Shown here: positions 13,876-27,448 of the stretch, piece by piece
How positions within the stretch are numbered: the stretch's first letter is position 1
Layout: each line of letters opens with the position of its first letter
From: Octopus vulgaris
Taxonomy: Eukaryota
Length of the DNA stretch: 64,000 bases
Direction of reading: 5' to 3'
NCBI GenBank assembly: GCA_951406725.2
Contig: OX597818.1
Span: forward strand, 66,030,001 to 66,094,000
The notes under the pieces: model-generated
What the model was told of the DNA's origin: nothing
Database searches by the model: none
What the model saw: only the letters and a program-made list of their open reading frames with translations
Position numbers and translations under genes: made by a program

Positions 13876-14458
13876 AAGGCGGCGGCAAAAAAAACAAAAC
13901 AATCACGACGGGCGAAATGCTTAGCGGTATTTCGCCAGCCGCTACGTTCTGAGTTCTAATTCCGCATGGGTCGACTTTGCCTTTCATCCTTTTGGGGTTG
14001 ATTAAATAAGTACCAGTTATGCACTGGGGTCGATATAATCGACTTAATCCGTTTGTCTGCCCTTGTCTGTCCTCTCTGTGTTTAGCCCCTTGTGGGTAGT
14101 AAAGAAATAGGTATTTCGACTGTTTTTACGTTCTGATTTGAAATTCTGCCGAGGTCGACTTTGCCTTTCATCCTGTCGGGGCGATATATTAAGTACCAGT
14201 TATGCACTGCGGTCGATATAATCGACTTAATCCGTTTGTCTGTCCTCGTCTGTCCTCTCTGTGTTTAGCCCCTTGTGGGTAGTAAAGAAATAGGTATTTC
14301 GACTGTTTTTACGTTCTGATTTGAAAATCTGCCGAGGTCGACTTTGCCTTTCATCCTGTCGGGGCGATATATTAAGTACCAGTTGCGTACAAGGTTCGAT
14401 GTAATCGACTGGCCCCATGCCCCAAACTTTTGGGCTTTGTGCTTAGAGTAGAAAAGAA
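13876..14458 (+). mobile_element. SINE family B with internal ~183-bp tandem units (3 bodies)
   Basis: ggtatttcg recurs at 13926, 14110 and 14293; B-box-like gagttc(a/t)aattcc; gtcgactttgcctttcatcc core. Confidence 0.85.
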
Positions 14459-14583
14459 AATGTTGAATTACGTTCAATGTGCAGCGATTTCTGGTCGTAT
14501 TATTCCACTTATTTCGAAAGGTTTCATGTTATCCTTAGATTTTCTTACAGGTTCTCTGAATCTCTATGCATATGCATATGTAT

Positions 14584-15285
14584 TACTTAGATAACTTAGA
14601 TTGGTTTCGCCCATTATCGGCCCAGGTCATAACCAACTCAATAGCACCACCTGGAAAAGTATTTTAGTTAATAATTTCGGGACACCCTGGACCACTTGAG
14701 CAGAGAGTTATTGGTTGAGATGTATCCAGGTGTAGATGTTTTATCCGGTATTTCCTGGAGGAATTTGTCATGGTAATGTTTGAAAGTCCTGGGGTCTTTT
14801 TCTACTTTAAATTTTGTTGTGTGGATAACATTGAAAAGTGCAAAACCATTTACAGTGAAGATATTGTGCCCTAATGTTCTTAAGGGATGTGATCTCGACC
14901 TTTGTATGGTACCCATTGCACGGGTTTCTAGTGTTGGGTGAATTGTAAACATAATGCCAATATCATTTGGATAATATTGGTGCAATATTTTCCACGTTAG
15001 GCAAATACTGTATCGCTCACAGTGGCGTTGCAGAGAATAGAGCTTCAGCTGTTTAAGTCGAGCCCAATAATCAAATCCCATCATGCCATTTTTTGTGATT
15101 GTAGGGGGATCGCAATGGGCAGCGGTGTTCACGATGGAGCCTAGCGAATGTGGAGAAGAGAAGGATCACGGTTTCATGATCCTTAGATTGGAAAGTTCTG
15201 AGGACTCAGGAGCATATTTAGCGGGCATCGTCGACATTTTTGTTGATGCGCTCACTCCAACTAAGGTTGCTGTCGACAGTTACAC
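14584..15285 (-). mobile_element. Older, decayed 3' fragment of a LINE related to 6565-7810
   Basis: DYWARLKQLKLYSLQRHCERY...DKFLQEIPDKTSTPGYISTNNSLLKW; same 3' UTR (ccaggtggtgctatt) and tctaagtta tail repeats. Confidence 0.88.
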
Positions 15286-15547
15286 CTAGTATAGTGACCT
15301 TGGGATATGAACTGGGTGACATATAACAGTTCTATAAAAACTATGTATATTACTATATATCAAAATTGAAAATAACGGAGAAAGAAACCCGTTGTAAACC
15401 AATTTGCTACAGGGTACATATTGGGAGCAGAAAAGAGGAAATAATTTTTCATAAATTAATTAGTACGATACTGATTAGTTTACGAACAAGATACACTCTT
15501 GTTGTGATCACGTAAATATTCCCATACACTCATATATGCGCACGCAC

Positions 15548-15628
<81 letters not shown>

Positions 15629-15757
15629 TAAAAAGAATTCCAACCTTGTCTGATTTTCACGTTTTATTTACAATCTTATAATGATATATTATAAGATAAT
15701 ATATTATAATTGAATAAAATAAAATGAAATAGTAGAATGTTAAATCTTCATTCTGAT

Positions 15758-15802
15758 TGAACTAGTACTTTCATGCATTGAATTCTGCAATCTTCGGGTT
15801 CA
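15758..15802 (-). ncRNA. Minimal hammerhead-like motif, C4 variant
   Basis: UGAAC CCGAAGA U UGCA gaauucaa UGCA U GAAA GUAC UA GUUCA; 5-bp stem I, palindromic AGUACU stem III. Confidence 0.65.
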
Positions 15803-16297
15803 TGTAGTAGTGTTGACAGTCATGCTTCACAATTTTTGACTGTAGCAAGATGATTGATTCTGTGCTATAAATACAGCTGGGAGAGGCTCCAGAGTGCTAG
15901 GTTTTGCAAACTGTATTCTGACCAATCAGTGTGTAGTATCACTCAATTACTTAAGCTGATTGGTTGGTTGAGCTGATTGGTTTAGGCATCACGCTTTGTT
16001 GGACATGTCAAGAGTCCTGTATCTTGACCCTGGCCGAAGCAGCAATTGTTGGGTTATTTTTAGAAATGTTGTAAATATCCTTTGTCAGAGATTTTTATAT
16101 TTTTATATTTCAATTGTCATCATCATCATTGTCAGCACCTTAATTATTGTTGCTAGTGGTGATGGTGGTGGCAATAGAACTTTTAACCCTAAATAAGATA
16201 ATTTTCCTGCTATCTTCATCTTGATCACCTTTAGTATTGTTGTTGTTGTTAGTGGTCATGGTCGTAGCAGTGGAAGTAATACCTCTAAGTATTATTA

Positions 16298-18588
16298 TTA
16301 TTGCTTATTTAGCTTGGGTTCGAATTTATCAATAAAATTCTTTTCTCTGATTTTCCTCTCGATTTCACTTGGGCTGTGTAATTTGTAGAATGGAAATATT
16401 ATATACATTTTCCGACCACATGTTGCTAGGTGGTTACTCAAAGGTATCTGACGGACCTCTGGGTCTCTAATCTGTTGCCGGTGTACACGTGAGCGTTCTA
16501 ATAGTGCGTTTCCCGTCTGGCCTACATATATTTCTTCACAATTTGGGCATTTGATGCAGTAAATAAAATTTCTGCTTTTGCAGTTCATATTCGCGTTTGT
16601 GAATATTTTCCCGGTTTTTGTGTTTATATATTGACCGGTATGTATGAATTGGCATGTGCCACATCGGCTATCATTGCATTTAGATACCGTGAATGTTTGG
16701 TCTTTGTTGCTGAGGTCAAATTTTGCCTTTGTTAGTAATGTTTTCAAGTTTTTAGGCTGTCTTTTACTAAGCACCATAGCTCGATCCGTGATTATGTTTT
16801 TTAATTCATTACTTTGGGCAATGATTGGTAGGTTTGCTTTGGCAATGTTGAAGATATTCTGGTGACATGGGTTGTGTGTCACTATGAATGGTATGACTTG
16901 TTCTTGTTTTCCTCTTCCTTGGGTTGTCCTAAGTTGTTGTATGGGTATTTTTATAGCCCGCTGTATGCCATTTTCTATAAGTAGAGATGGGTATTTTTGT
17001 TTGAGCAAAAATTCTCTTAGTTCTATTGGACGTTTGTTCCTGATATTTGCATCTTCTACAATAGTACAAATTCTTCTGGCTAGTCAGTATGGGATGTTAC
17101 GTTTTGTATGTGGTGGATGGCACGACTTAAAATTTAGGTATTGATATGTGTCTGTGTGCTTATAGTATATATCTGTGGTGATGGTGGTGTCTTTTTTAAT
17201 TACCATTATATCCAGGAATGGTAATTTGGTACTACTCATCTCCTTTGTAAATTGGAGAGATGGGTGTAGGTTGTTCAGGAGGATATTGAACTCTTCCAGA
17301 GTATTTAGAGATTCTGTCCAGATTATGAAGCAGTCGTCTAGGTATCTCTTCCATTCCTTTTCAATATACTTTCTAAATCCAGTGCCATAGTTCACCTCCA
17401 CCTCTTGGTAGAGTTGTTCTTCTAAGTATCCCATTACAGAGTTGGCGTAAACGGGAGCAAACCTCGTTCCCATCGCCGTGCCTCTAATTTGGATGTAATT
17501 CTTTCCATTGAAGAAGAATGTGTTATTTTCTAGAATAAGTTTACTGTGTCTAATATAAATGGCACTGTGAATCTGCTGGGAATCACTTCTCTATGTTTTT
17601 CTAACCAGTATTTAATTGCCTTTATTCCTAAATCGTGTGGAATATTGGTGTAGAGGCTTACCACATCAAAACTTAGTAAAACTAAATTTGTTTCTGTTGT
17701 TTTGGGAAGATGGGACAGGAAGTCGATGTCATCCCTGATGAAACTTGGTATATAAGTACATAGTGGTTTCAAAACAATGTCAATAAAATTGCTTAGACGG
17801 TGTGTAGGGCATGCTGGACCAGCTATAATAGGTCTAAGTTTTAGGTCTTTTGGATGTAATAATTTTATGTACACACTTTCTTGTTCTTTTACTGCCTGTT
17901 GAATGTTTTTTGATTTGTGTATTTTTGGTAAGCCGTAGAATTTGCTGGGTTTTGGTTCGAAATTGGTGATGTAGTCTTTTTCATTATCCGTAAGTGAGTT
18001 GTGGTGTGTTGAGATCAGGTTGTTGATCTTTTTCATGATGTGGTGGTCTATATTTGCGGGTATTTCACAATAGAAGGTTGTATCCTTCAGTTGGTCTTCA
18101 ACCAAATCCTTATAGTATTCGGTATCCATAATAACAATTGCACCACCTTTATCTGCTTGTTTAATTATTATTGTTTGATCGTTTTGTATACGTTTACATG
18201 CAGACATCTCTGATTTGCTAATGTTTGGCCTAACATTGGTATTGCGTCTAAGGGGAAATTTAGACAAGATATCAATGTATTCGTCAAGGTAGTTATTTCT
18301 TCCTTTTGGTGGGGTGAAATTTGATTTATTCCTTACTAGGGATTCATCAATCTCATTACTTTTGTTAGCGAAGAATTCTACAAGTCGTAATTTTCGACAG
18401 AATTTTTGGATATCCTCCTTTAATTCTTGGTGGTTGGCTGTTGGTGTAGGTGTGAATTTCAGTCCTTTTGACAGAAGTTGGATTTCATCATTGTCAAGAT
18501 CTCTTTTTGATAAATTAATTATTTTAGGATCTATACGTTCAGTTGTTTGGGGTATGTTTCCTCTTGGATTTTTTCTTTCTCCGGTGTT
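16298..18588 (-). pseudogene. PLE RT-GIY-YIG polyprotein, frameshifted (track ORFs 17530..18267, 17084..17473, 16298..17008)
   Basis: First frame stays open upstream to about 18600; frameshifts near 17540 and 17080. Confidence 0.9.
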
Positions 18589-18647
18589 TATACATGAAAA
18601 AACAAGTCAAGATAGAAAATGATAAAATAATTTTATAAAGAACATTT

Positions 18648-18685
18648 CAGTACCGGTTTCGGTCATTTTGAGACCTTTTCAACTG
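18648..18685 (-). ncRNA. Minimal hammerhead motif, U3-A8 variant
   Basis: CAG UUGAAAA GGUC ucaaaau GACC GAAA CCGG UA CUG; palindromic ACCGGU. Confidence 0.7.
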
Positions 18686-18824
18686 TAACGATTAAATAAT
18701 TAAATTTAGAAAAATTAAAAGAAAAGTTTTTTTAAAGGAATATTTTTATAGTGTTCAAATATAAGTGGCATTTTCCTTGTTTCTGCCTTTCTCTGTCTCT
18801 CTTGTTTGCAGAAATTGTTGAAAT

Positions 18825-18975
18825 TGTTGAAATTTACAGAACAAATATAAAGAAGACAGGTGTATGAACAACAAGCAAGTATATTAGTTTGACGCTTGGG
18901 AAGGTGAGAAAGTATTTTACGATTTGAGTCTACGCTCTTCAACGGAAAGGAACACGAGGATATAAACAGAGAGAG
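18825..18975 (-). mobile_element. Decayed solo PLE 3' terminus (family of the 20690 element)
   Basis: tattagtttgacgct...tacgatttgagtctacgctcttcaacggaaag; hammerhead core mutated. Confidence 0.7.
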
Positions 18976-19793
18976 AATAAAAAATATGTGCGAATGTATG
19001 TGAGAGTTTAATAAGGAAACTGCAAACTGTGGCAGAGAAAACTAAAAAAGAAGAAACACTTCGTATTCACAGTCAAACTCTTTATTTAAAAGTTTAATAA
19101 ACGAAAGATGAAAGGAGTAATACATTTTACTATAACAGGGTTTTGTTATTATATAGTTGTTTTGTATTTTAAAACAAATATTACAACATACCTATATACA
19201 TAAATATTTAATGCCGGATAAAATTTTTTTCGAAAAAAAATTTTATCAATGGCCAGCATATTAAAAAATACCTTTAAAGGTTAAAATTATAAACAACTTA
19301 TAAATAAGTGTAAATATATATATATATAAAGGCAGTGCTCCAGCATGTCCGCAGTCAATGACGGAAACAACTAAAGAATAAAAGAATATATATGCATACG
19401 CATTCAAAAGCGAATACATACCCATACGCACACATTCACACAGACGCAGACATTGCTCTATCCGAACAATTCACACATACACAAATACGAAATCCGGATT
19501 TATTACACCGTTCTTCACAAATAATACTTAAAATTTTATTTCAGCTTTTAATCCTATCACGATTGACACGTTTATTCACGGAATCAATGTACATCGCAAA
19601 CAGAGGGACAAATCTATCTCTCTCCCTCTCTCTGTCTGTCTCTCTCTCTCCACCTCTCTCCCTACCTACTTCTCTCTCTATATATATATCTACACAGAAA
19701 CATACGCATACATACACACAAATGCTCACACATACACACATATATTTGTCTGTGTGCATAAATGTGGGTGCAGTTCTATATTTAAAAGCCCAC

Positions 19794-19860
19794 GAGCATA
19801 TGGCGCAATGGTTAATAGCGCGGGCTACTCACCCCAAGATTCCGAGTTCAATTCCAGGCA
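19794..19860 (+). mobile_element. tRNA-like SINE head
   Basis: A box tggcgcaatgg and B box gagttcaattcc; no acceptor-stem 3' half. Confidence 0.5.
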
Positions 19861-20689
19861 AATATCCGTCAAATGTAAATAATGTAAACAATGCGTGTGT
19901 GTGTTTGTAAATTCTGCATATGTGGATGTATATATATATATATATATATATTTATGTACACTGTGCGTGACAACTAAATGTGTACGTTTGTGTCCATATC
20001 GGTAAGTTGACTAGCAGTCAGGTCCTTTTGTCATTAACAGGGTTTTATAGGAGGAATTCCAAGTAGTTGTGTGGTTCGCTACCTCAAGAGCTCCTTTATA
20101 GAATCCAGTGTCTAAGGACATCATCAGGATATAAGACGTTTAAGACCCTAATCTGCTACCGTTTTCGAGGTGCCAGGCCCCTCCCCCCACTTTCTGTGGT
20201 GTCTTTAGCTGTTGTGTTGAGTGCGTTTTTTTTTTCTTTTTTGTTTTGCCTTTAGTTGTTTGGTTTCATATTAGGATATGGAGTGTTAATGTCAGCGGAG
20301 AATGACCACCCCTGCCGAGTTCTCATTTAAATGCTCGCCGGTAGACTCCAGCAGCCAGTGCCAGCTAACTGTCTCGTGAAGTATCATCTGACCAATGGAG
20401 CGGTCAGTTGAAGCTTACACACACACACACTAACATGTGTGTGTGTGTGTGTGTATGAGTGTGTGTGTATTGATATACAGATAGAGGGAGAGAAGAAAGA
20501 GATAGAAAGGGAAGAGGGAAAGGGAGAGAGATTTGCACATTGATTCTATGAATAAACTTGTCAATCGTGATACGAGTAAGAGCTGAAATAAAATTTTAAG
20601 CATTATTTATTAAGAGAGGTGTGGTCATTTTGCTATGAAATGACCACACACCAAAATTCCATTTCTGCGTTCTTGATCTACTGATATAT

Positions 20690-21058
20690 AACGGGAAGCT
20701 TTATGAATATAAACAAAAGACGAAGGCAGGTGGAAAACAAACGAACAATTGTATTAGTATGGCGCTCAGGAAATATAAATAAAACAAGTCTTTAACGTTT
20801 CGAGCCTACGCTCTTCAACAGAAAGATACACAGAGAGAGAAAAACACAGAAAGAAGGAGAGAAAAAAATGCGTGCAGTAGCTAACGAATCAACATGGCGA
20901 TCTGATTTCGGCCAGAGGTCAAAGATCAAACATGAGACGCGAGAGCGAAATAAGGGGAGATAATAGGGTTGATAAAAGTGTTGAGGGACCAGCTAAAAGT
21001 GCGTGGGAGGGGTCTGGATGTGTGTATGTATAGGGTTGGTGTATGTATTAGTATGTAG

Positions 21059-21097
<39 letters not shown>

Positions 21098-22560
21098 AGA
21101 GAGTATTAGTGCGTAAGATTGGTCTGGACGTGCGTATGTATGGGGTTGGTGTATGTATTAGTATGTATTAGTATGTATTAGTACGTATTGGTATGTATAG
21201 GTATGTGTGTGTGTGTGTGAGTGAGAGAGTATAAGTGCGTAAGCGGGGTCAGGACGGGTTTATGTATAAGTGTTGGTGTAAGTATTAGTATGTACTAGTA
21301 TGTATTAGTACGTATTAGTATGTATTAGTTGGTGTGTGTATTAGTATGGCACATCATATGTGATGTGATGTGTAAAGTCATGTGGGGTAGTGAGGAGAAG
21401 AGGGGGAGGGGGAGAAGGGGAGGGGAAGAAGGGGAGGAGAAAGGGGAAGAGGAGAGGATGGGGGAGAAGGAAGGGGAGGAGGGGGATGAAGGAGGAAAGA
21501 GGGAGAGGGGGAGAGAGGGAGTGAGGGAGCAGAGGGAAGGGGAAGAGGGAGGGAGAAAGAGGGAAGAAGGGAAGGGGAGTAGGGGTGAAAGGATGAAGGA
21601 CTGAAGAAGTAGGGGTCGGGGGGAGAAAGGATAGGTGAGGAGGGGGAGAGGGGGGTTAGATGAGGAGGGGGGAGAGTTGAGACCAAATGGCGTATAAGAG
21701 CGAAGAGAGAAGATTAATTCCTGTTCACGGCGCAAACGGGAATCCGGATGGCCTCTGTGTAAGGACAAACCGAACACAGATAGGTGTTGCAAGGAGTGAC
21801 CGGTGGAGCGGAAATGGCGTGAGACCGGTGTGTCGTTCGCAAGGTGGATGTCACGAAGGTGTTCCGCGAACCGGTCAGCCAAGCGGCGTCCCGTTTGTCC
21901 GATGTACAAGGAATTGCAGAGAGAGCAAGAGATGCAATAGATAATATTGCTGGAGGTGCAGGTGAAGGAGTGGATGATGGGATAGGGTCGATGGTGGGTG
22001 CTAGTGAGGCGGGTGGTGTTGGAGAGGTAAGGGCAAGTGCGGCAACGTGGGCGGGAGCAGGGGAACGAGCCGGGTTGGGAGGTAGGGTCTGGGAAGGGCT
22101 ATGGACCAAAAGGTCTCGAAGGTTGTGGGCTCGTTTGAAAGAGGGGAGGGGTCGGTTAGGGAAGAGGTGTGAAGTGGACGGGTCGGACTGGAGATGACGG
22201 AAAGCTCGAAGAATGGTGCGTTGGAGACGTAGGGTCGTGGGGTGGTAAGTGAGGGGAAAAGGGAGGCGGGAGACTACAGGGCGGATTCGGGGAGAGAGAG
22301 CAGATACACGGTCCACGGACCGTGCTCTGGCAAGGGCGGTGTGGATAGTGGTGAGGGGGTATCCACGTAGGGTGAAGTGGTGAGCCATACGTTGAGACTG
22401 AGTCTCAAAGTCATGGTCGTCACTACAGAGCCTACGTAGACGGAGGAATTGGGAATAGGGGATGGAAAGCTTGGTGTGTTCTGGGTGGGAGGAAGAGAAG
22501 TTGAGGTATGAGTGTGAGTCTGTGTGTTTGTAGTGAATGGAGGTGGTAAGAGTGGAGTGA
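20690..22560 (-). mobile_element. Penelope-like retroelement 2, 5'-truncated (RT thumb, Cys linker, GIY-YIG, ~1-kb 3' region)
   Basis: TSIHYKHTDSHSYLNFSSSHPEHTKLSIPYSQFLRLRRLCS, RGYP, LTYHP, NLRDLLVHS, CSRPRCRTC, IYCISC..C..LYIGQTGRRLADRFAEH, REQELIF.L...P.GLN; frameshift near 22090. Confidence 0.93.
20789..20826 (-). ncRNA. Minimal hammerhead-like motif, U6 variant
   Basis: UCUUU CUGUUGA A GAGC GUAG GCUC GAAA CG UU AAAGA; 5-bp stem I, palindromic AACGUU. Confidence 0.65.
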
Positions 22561-23490
22561 AGAATGCTAACCGAAATGTATATAATCTTTCACTTTGAAA
22601 AGTTAAGAACATATTATAGCTACAGTGTATGTGTAAAAACAATAAAGTACAGATTCTAAGATTAAATCCAGAGTTATCCCCACAGAATGGTTGATAGCCT
22701 GTTAGAATAAATTATACTGACGTAGATACAATCAGAGAAACTCGCATTTTTGCCCAAAATGCAGTTGTCTTTATATCGCGAGCAAAGAGATATCCCTGCG
22801 ATCCCGAATGCATGAAGCAAATCACAGCTTTCTCTCGTGGCTGTGCATCAAACATTGATGAGTCTAATTATGGACGAAATTATGTGATCTTGTGTGCCCG
22901 CACAACAAATTTTTGACATTATTGCCTGCATGGCAAAAAGAAACAAACGTGATACTTCCAATGAAAAGCTTATTTTAAATGCAAGTTCCAAATGCATTAC
23001 ATATAAATTAGAGTAAATATTATTATTGCTTTCAGCGCCATGTTTATTCCTATAAAAGAAATATAGGGTGAGTGAACTATAAAGAAAATATATTTACTAT
23101 AATTTAACGACTATCTAAGTGTAAATTCTCTTAAATTGGTCAAAGAATATGATTGATAGGAAGCGTATAAAATAGTGTAGGTGCGTTCCATGTGATTCCG
23201 TTTGTCATGGAAATATATTTTGCCAGATGACAAAACAATTCCTGTAGAAAACTTACTGCTGAGTATAAATTCTGCAATAATACCACAACCTTCTCATGTG
23301 AATTGCAAGGTTCGTACATAATGAAACCATTTAATTTTGGGAAAATAGATGCGTAAAACGGTTCTGGAAACGATTTAAATATTTTGTGCTTCTATAACGA
23401 AATTATATATATATATATATATGTATATATATAGATAGATATATGTAGACTCACAGCAGAAACACACATATATAGATATACAATTCTATG

Positions 23491-23541
<51 letters not shown>

Positions 23542-23906
23542 ATATATAGAGAGGTATATATATATATATATGTGTATGTATATATATATGTATATATATG
23601 CGTGTATATATATATATATACATATATGTATGATAATTATTTCAGGGAATATTATCCCTAACTTACAGGGAAAATTTCAATTTAGAAATACTAAATCAAA
23701 TTTCACAAAATGTAATATATATATATAAATTAGAAAAAAAAACACCTTTTATCAATTCAAAATGAACAATTAAATTGCACCATCTGGAAAATTACAAATA
23801 ATAAAAATATTAATATTAAAATAACAATAATATACCGAAGATTAAGTAAATTGCAAAAAAAATAATAAAAACATATATTTGGTATATGTATATATAAGTC
23901 AGTATA

Positions 23907-23972
<66 letters not shown>

Positions 23973-25207
23973 GAATAAAATATATGCATACATACAAACA
24001 TATATGTACGTACCTACATCTACATGCATATATAAATATATATACGTGAGTACAGGACACCACACCTAGGCGTAGAACTCAACGAGAAACGAAAACGGAA
24101 AAAACCATTTTTATGCATAGTTATACATTCACACACACATACAAACCCACACACTCATATATATACACGCATATATGTGTGTGCGTGTGTCCATGCGTGT
24201 GAGCGTATGCGTGTGTGTGCATGTGCTTGTATGTGAGCAAGTATGTGTAACGGAAACAAATAGCGACTTGAAATACAGGCAGTTCCTGGTATTGCTAGCA
24301 CCGGTATTGATATAATTTAAATGAATGTCTGTTGCAAGTGATTTAATTCCAATGAACTAAATTCTCAAAACTATTATATCAGTGGATACTAAGACTGTTA
24401 TCCAGCAGAAACTTTCGCTGGAATTGAATACGAAGAAGATACAGGAGAAAATAAATTTTGAAGGTGTATAATTTTCCATTCATTTTTTTTTTCTGATGTT
24501 TTCATTATATAGATTTTATGCCACAGTAAATCCAATGAAACGAACACAGGATGTACTTATATCATAAAGTACAGTTTAATGGTTTTCTTATACGTTTGTA
24601 TATATTCCCTCATATTTGATTTAGTAAGACAGGTATGGATGAACCATGCATCTCTTTTGTATTAGACATTTACCACATAGTTAGTTTTACACTCATCTTT
24701 GAATACATTCGGAAAGTATTGGAATGGCATTTTACCCTGCTAAGTTAATTGATTAATTAACCGTTTACTTAGCTTGATACTGTCGAGCCAATTAGTGACC
24801 TCCCTCGTGTTTAAATGCCGGCAAGATTTTTGCTATCATTCTATTCACATGCATTTACATACATACATACATATATATATATATACATATATACATACAT
24901 TTATACATACATACATACATACATACATACATACATACATACATACATACATACATACATACATACATACATACATACATACATACATACATAGATTATT
25001 ACCCCTCAAAAGAAACTTCTATAAATTCATTATTGGGTCTGGTTTGAATCAATTGTAGGATTATAATATTTATATTTCTAATATGCTATACTATATTATA
25101 ATAATATTATAATTTTGAGATAATAATTTTATATATCAATCGCGAATCTCTATCTTCTTTTAATTATTATATACAAACACACACACACACCCGTACACAC
25201 ACACACA

Positions 25208-25274
<67 letters not shown>

Positions 25275-25279
<5 letters not shown>

Positions 25280-25515
25280 GTTACATTACTCGGTAGTCAA
25301 GATAAAACTCTGAGTTTCAGATGCCGAAGTGGAAATCCACAACACCATCTCTTCGGTTATCTGGCAAGAGATGGTGTTGTGGATTTCCACTTCGGCATCT
25401 GAAACTCAGAGTTTTATCTTGACTACCGAGTAATGTAACATATTGTATAGATAAATTTCCTCTATTTACATAATATTGAGGTCTCTTTCTTTCTTTTGTT
25501 ATCTTACCGTTTTAT

Positions 25516-25518
<3 letters not shown>
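25275..25518. mobile_element. Fold-back PLE terminus: perfect 79-bp inverted repeat, 12-nt spacer, ~70-nt one-sided tail
   Basis: 25275-25353 is the exact reverse complement of 25366-25444; same family as 34419 and 63010; flanked by (TA)n. Confidence 0.92.
25301..25361 (-). ncRNA. Hammerhead-like motif, C4 variant with long stem II
   Basis: GAUAA CCGAAGA GAUG...GUGG auuu CCAC...CAUC U GAAA CUC A GAG UU UUAUC. Confidence 0.6.
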
Positions 25519-25552
<34 letters not shown>

Positions 25553-25820
25553 TACATACATTTATACATACATACATACATTCATACATATATACATATA
25601 GGTATATATGTTTTTATAGACATACTTATATATATATTTATACACACATTTATTTATATGCATCTATATACACATGTAGATTTATATATCGGGCGTCATT
25701 GCATTTTCACCGAAATCCACTCACAGAACATCGGTCATAATGGGCCACACGTGAATTCACCACGCCCCAACGTTGGCACGATATGAGACTGAAACTAGAA
25801 TCAAATGTATATTTGCAGCA

Positions 25821-26646
<826 letters not shown>

Positions 26647-27131
26647 ATATATATGTATTCAATTAATAGTCGCAGACCATTTTAATTAATTATATGCACT
26701 ATTTTGTTCGCTTCTTTCAGTTTCCCAAGCTCAGTCCATATACTTTACACTTTATTCTTTATTCATTAGTAGATTTATGTAAGCCTAAAGAAATGTTTAA
26801 CATAAGTTTTCATTTGCATAAGCATTCACACTAGCCTAACTCAAACACAAACTTATATGTGTATATACTTATGTATGTATTTACAGTGAGATACGCCTAT
26901 ATACATGTGTATAATATATACAAACATGTGTGTTTATTAGTACGCTTTTGCTGTAAGTTGCACAAGCGCATATAGTGTATAGGTTTATACATAAACACAC
27001 ACACTACACACCATATATACTAAGATACATATAGTTGAGTACATATATATATATGTGTATATATATATATATATTTCGATATAACATGTAAATAAATACA
27101 TATATATATATATACATATACACACACACAG

Positions 27132-27185
<54 letters not shown>

Positions 27186-27296
27186 GTATATGTATATGTA
27201 TATGTATCTTTCTATACATATATATATATATATATATACACACAATGATACATATACACGTGAATAAATATATGTGTATACCTATATATTTCGATG

Positions 27297-27371
<75 letters not shown>

Positions 27372-27391
27372 CATACGTATATCTATATATG

Positions 27392-27448
<57 letters not shown>

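Larger units (their letters stand above)
15625..18590 (-). mobile_element. Penelope-like retroelement 1, near full length, RT plus GIY-YIG, two frameshifts
   Basis: INLS...LLSKGLKFTPTP, ADKGG, FYGLPKIHK, RPII, SFDVVSLYTNIP, GTAMGT..AP.YAN, RYLDD, LPFLD, CNDSRCGTC, IYCIKC...YVGQT, PKLN; ~670-nt 3' terminal region ending at (TA)n. Confidence 0.95.

Noticed and set aside
13926-14400. CRISPR-like or retrozyme array
   Set aside because: Whole units are repeated without unique spacers, and no hammerhead core was found on either strand.
11990-15285. Single interrupted LINE made of the 11990 and 14584 fragments
   Set aside because: Both are on the minus strand, but the 5' part lies downstream of the 3' part, so they are not collinear.
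19794-19860. tRNA gene
   Set aside because: A and B boxes are present but there is no closed cloverleaf; treated as a SINE head. The same applies to 51232.
20270-20420. GC-richer structured segment, possible HDV-like ribozyme or LINE 5' UTR
   Set aside because: Could not build the nested double pseudoknot by eye.
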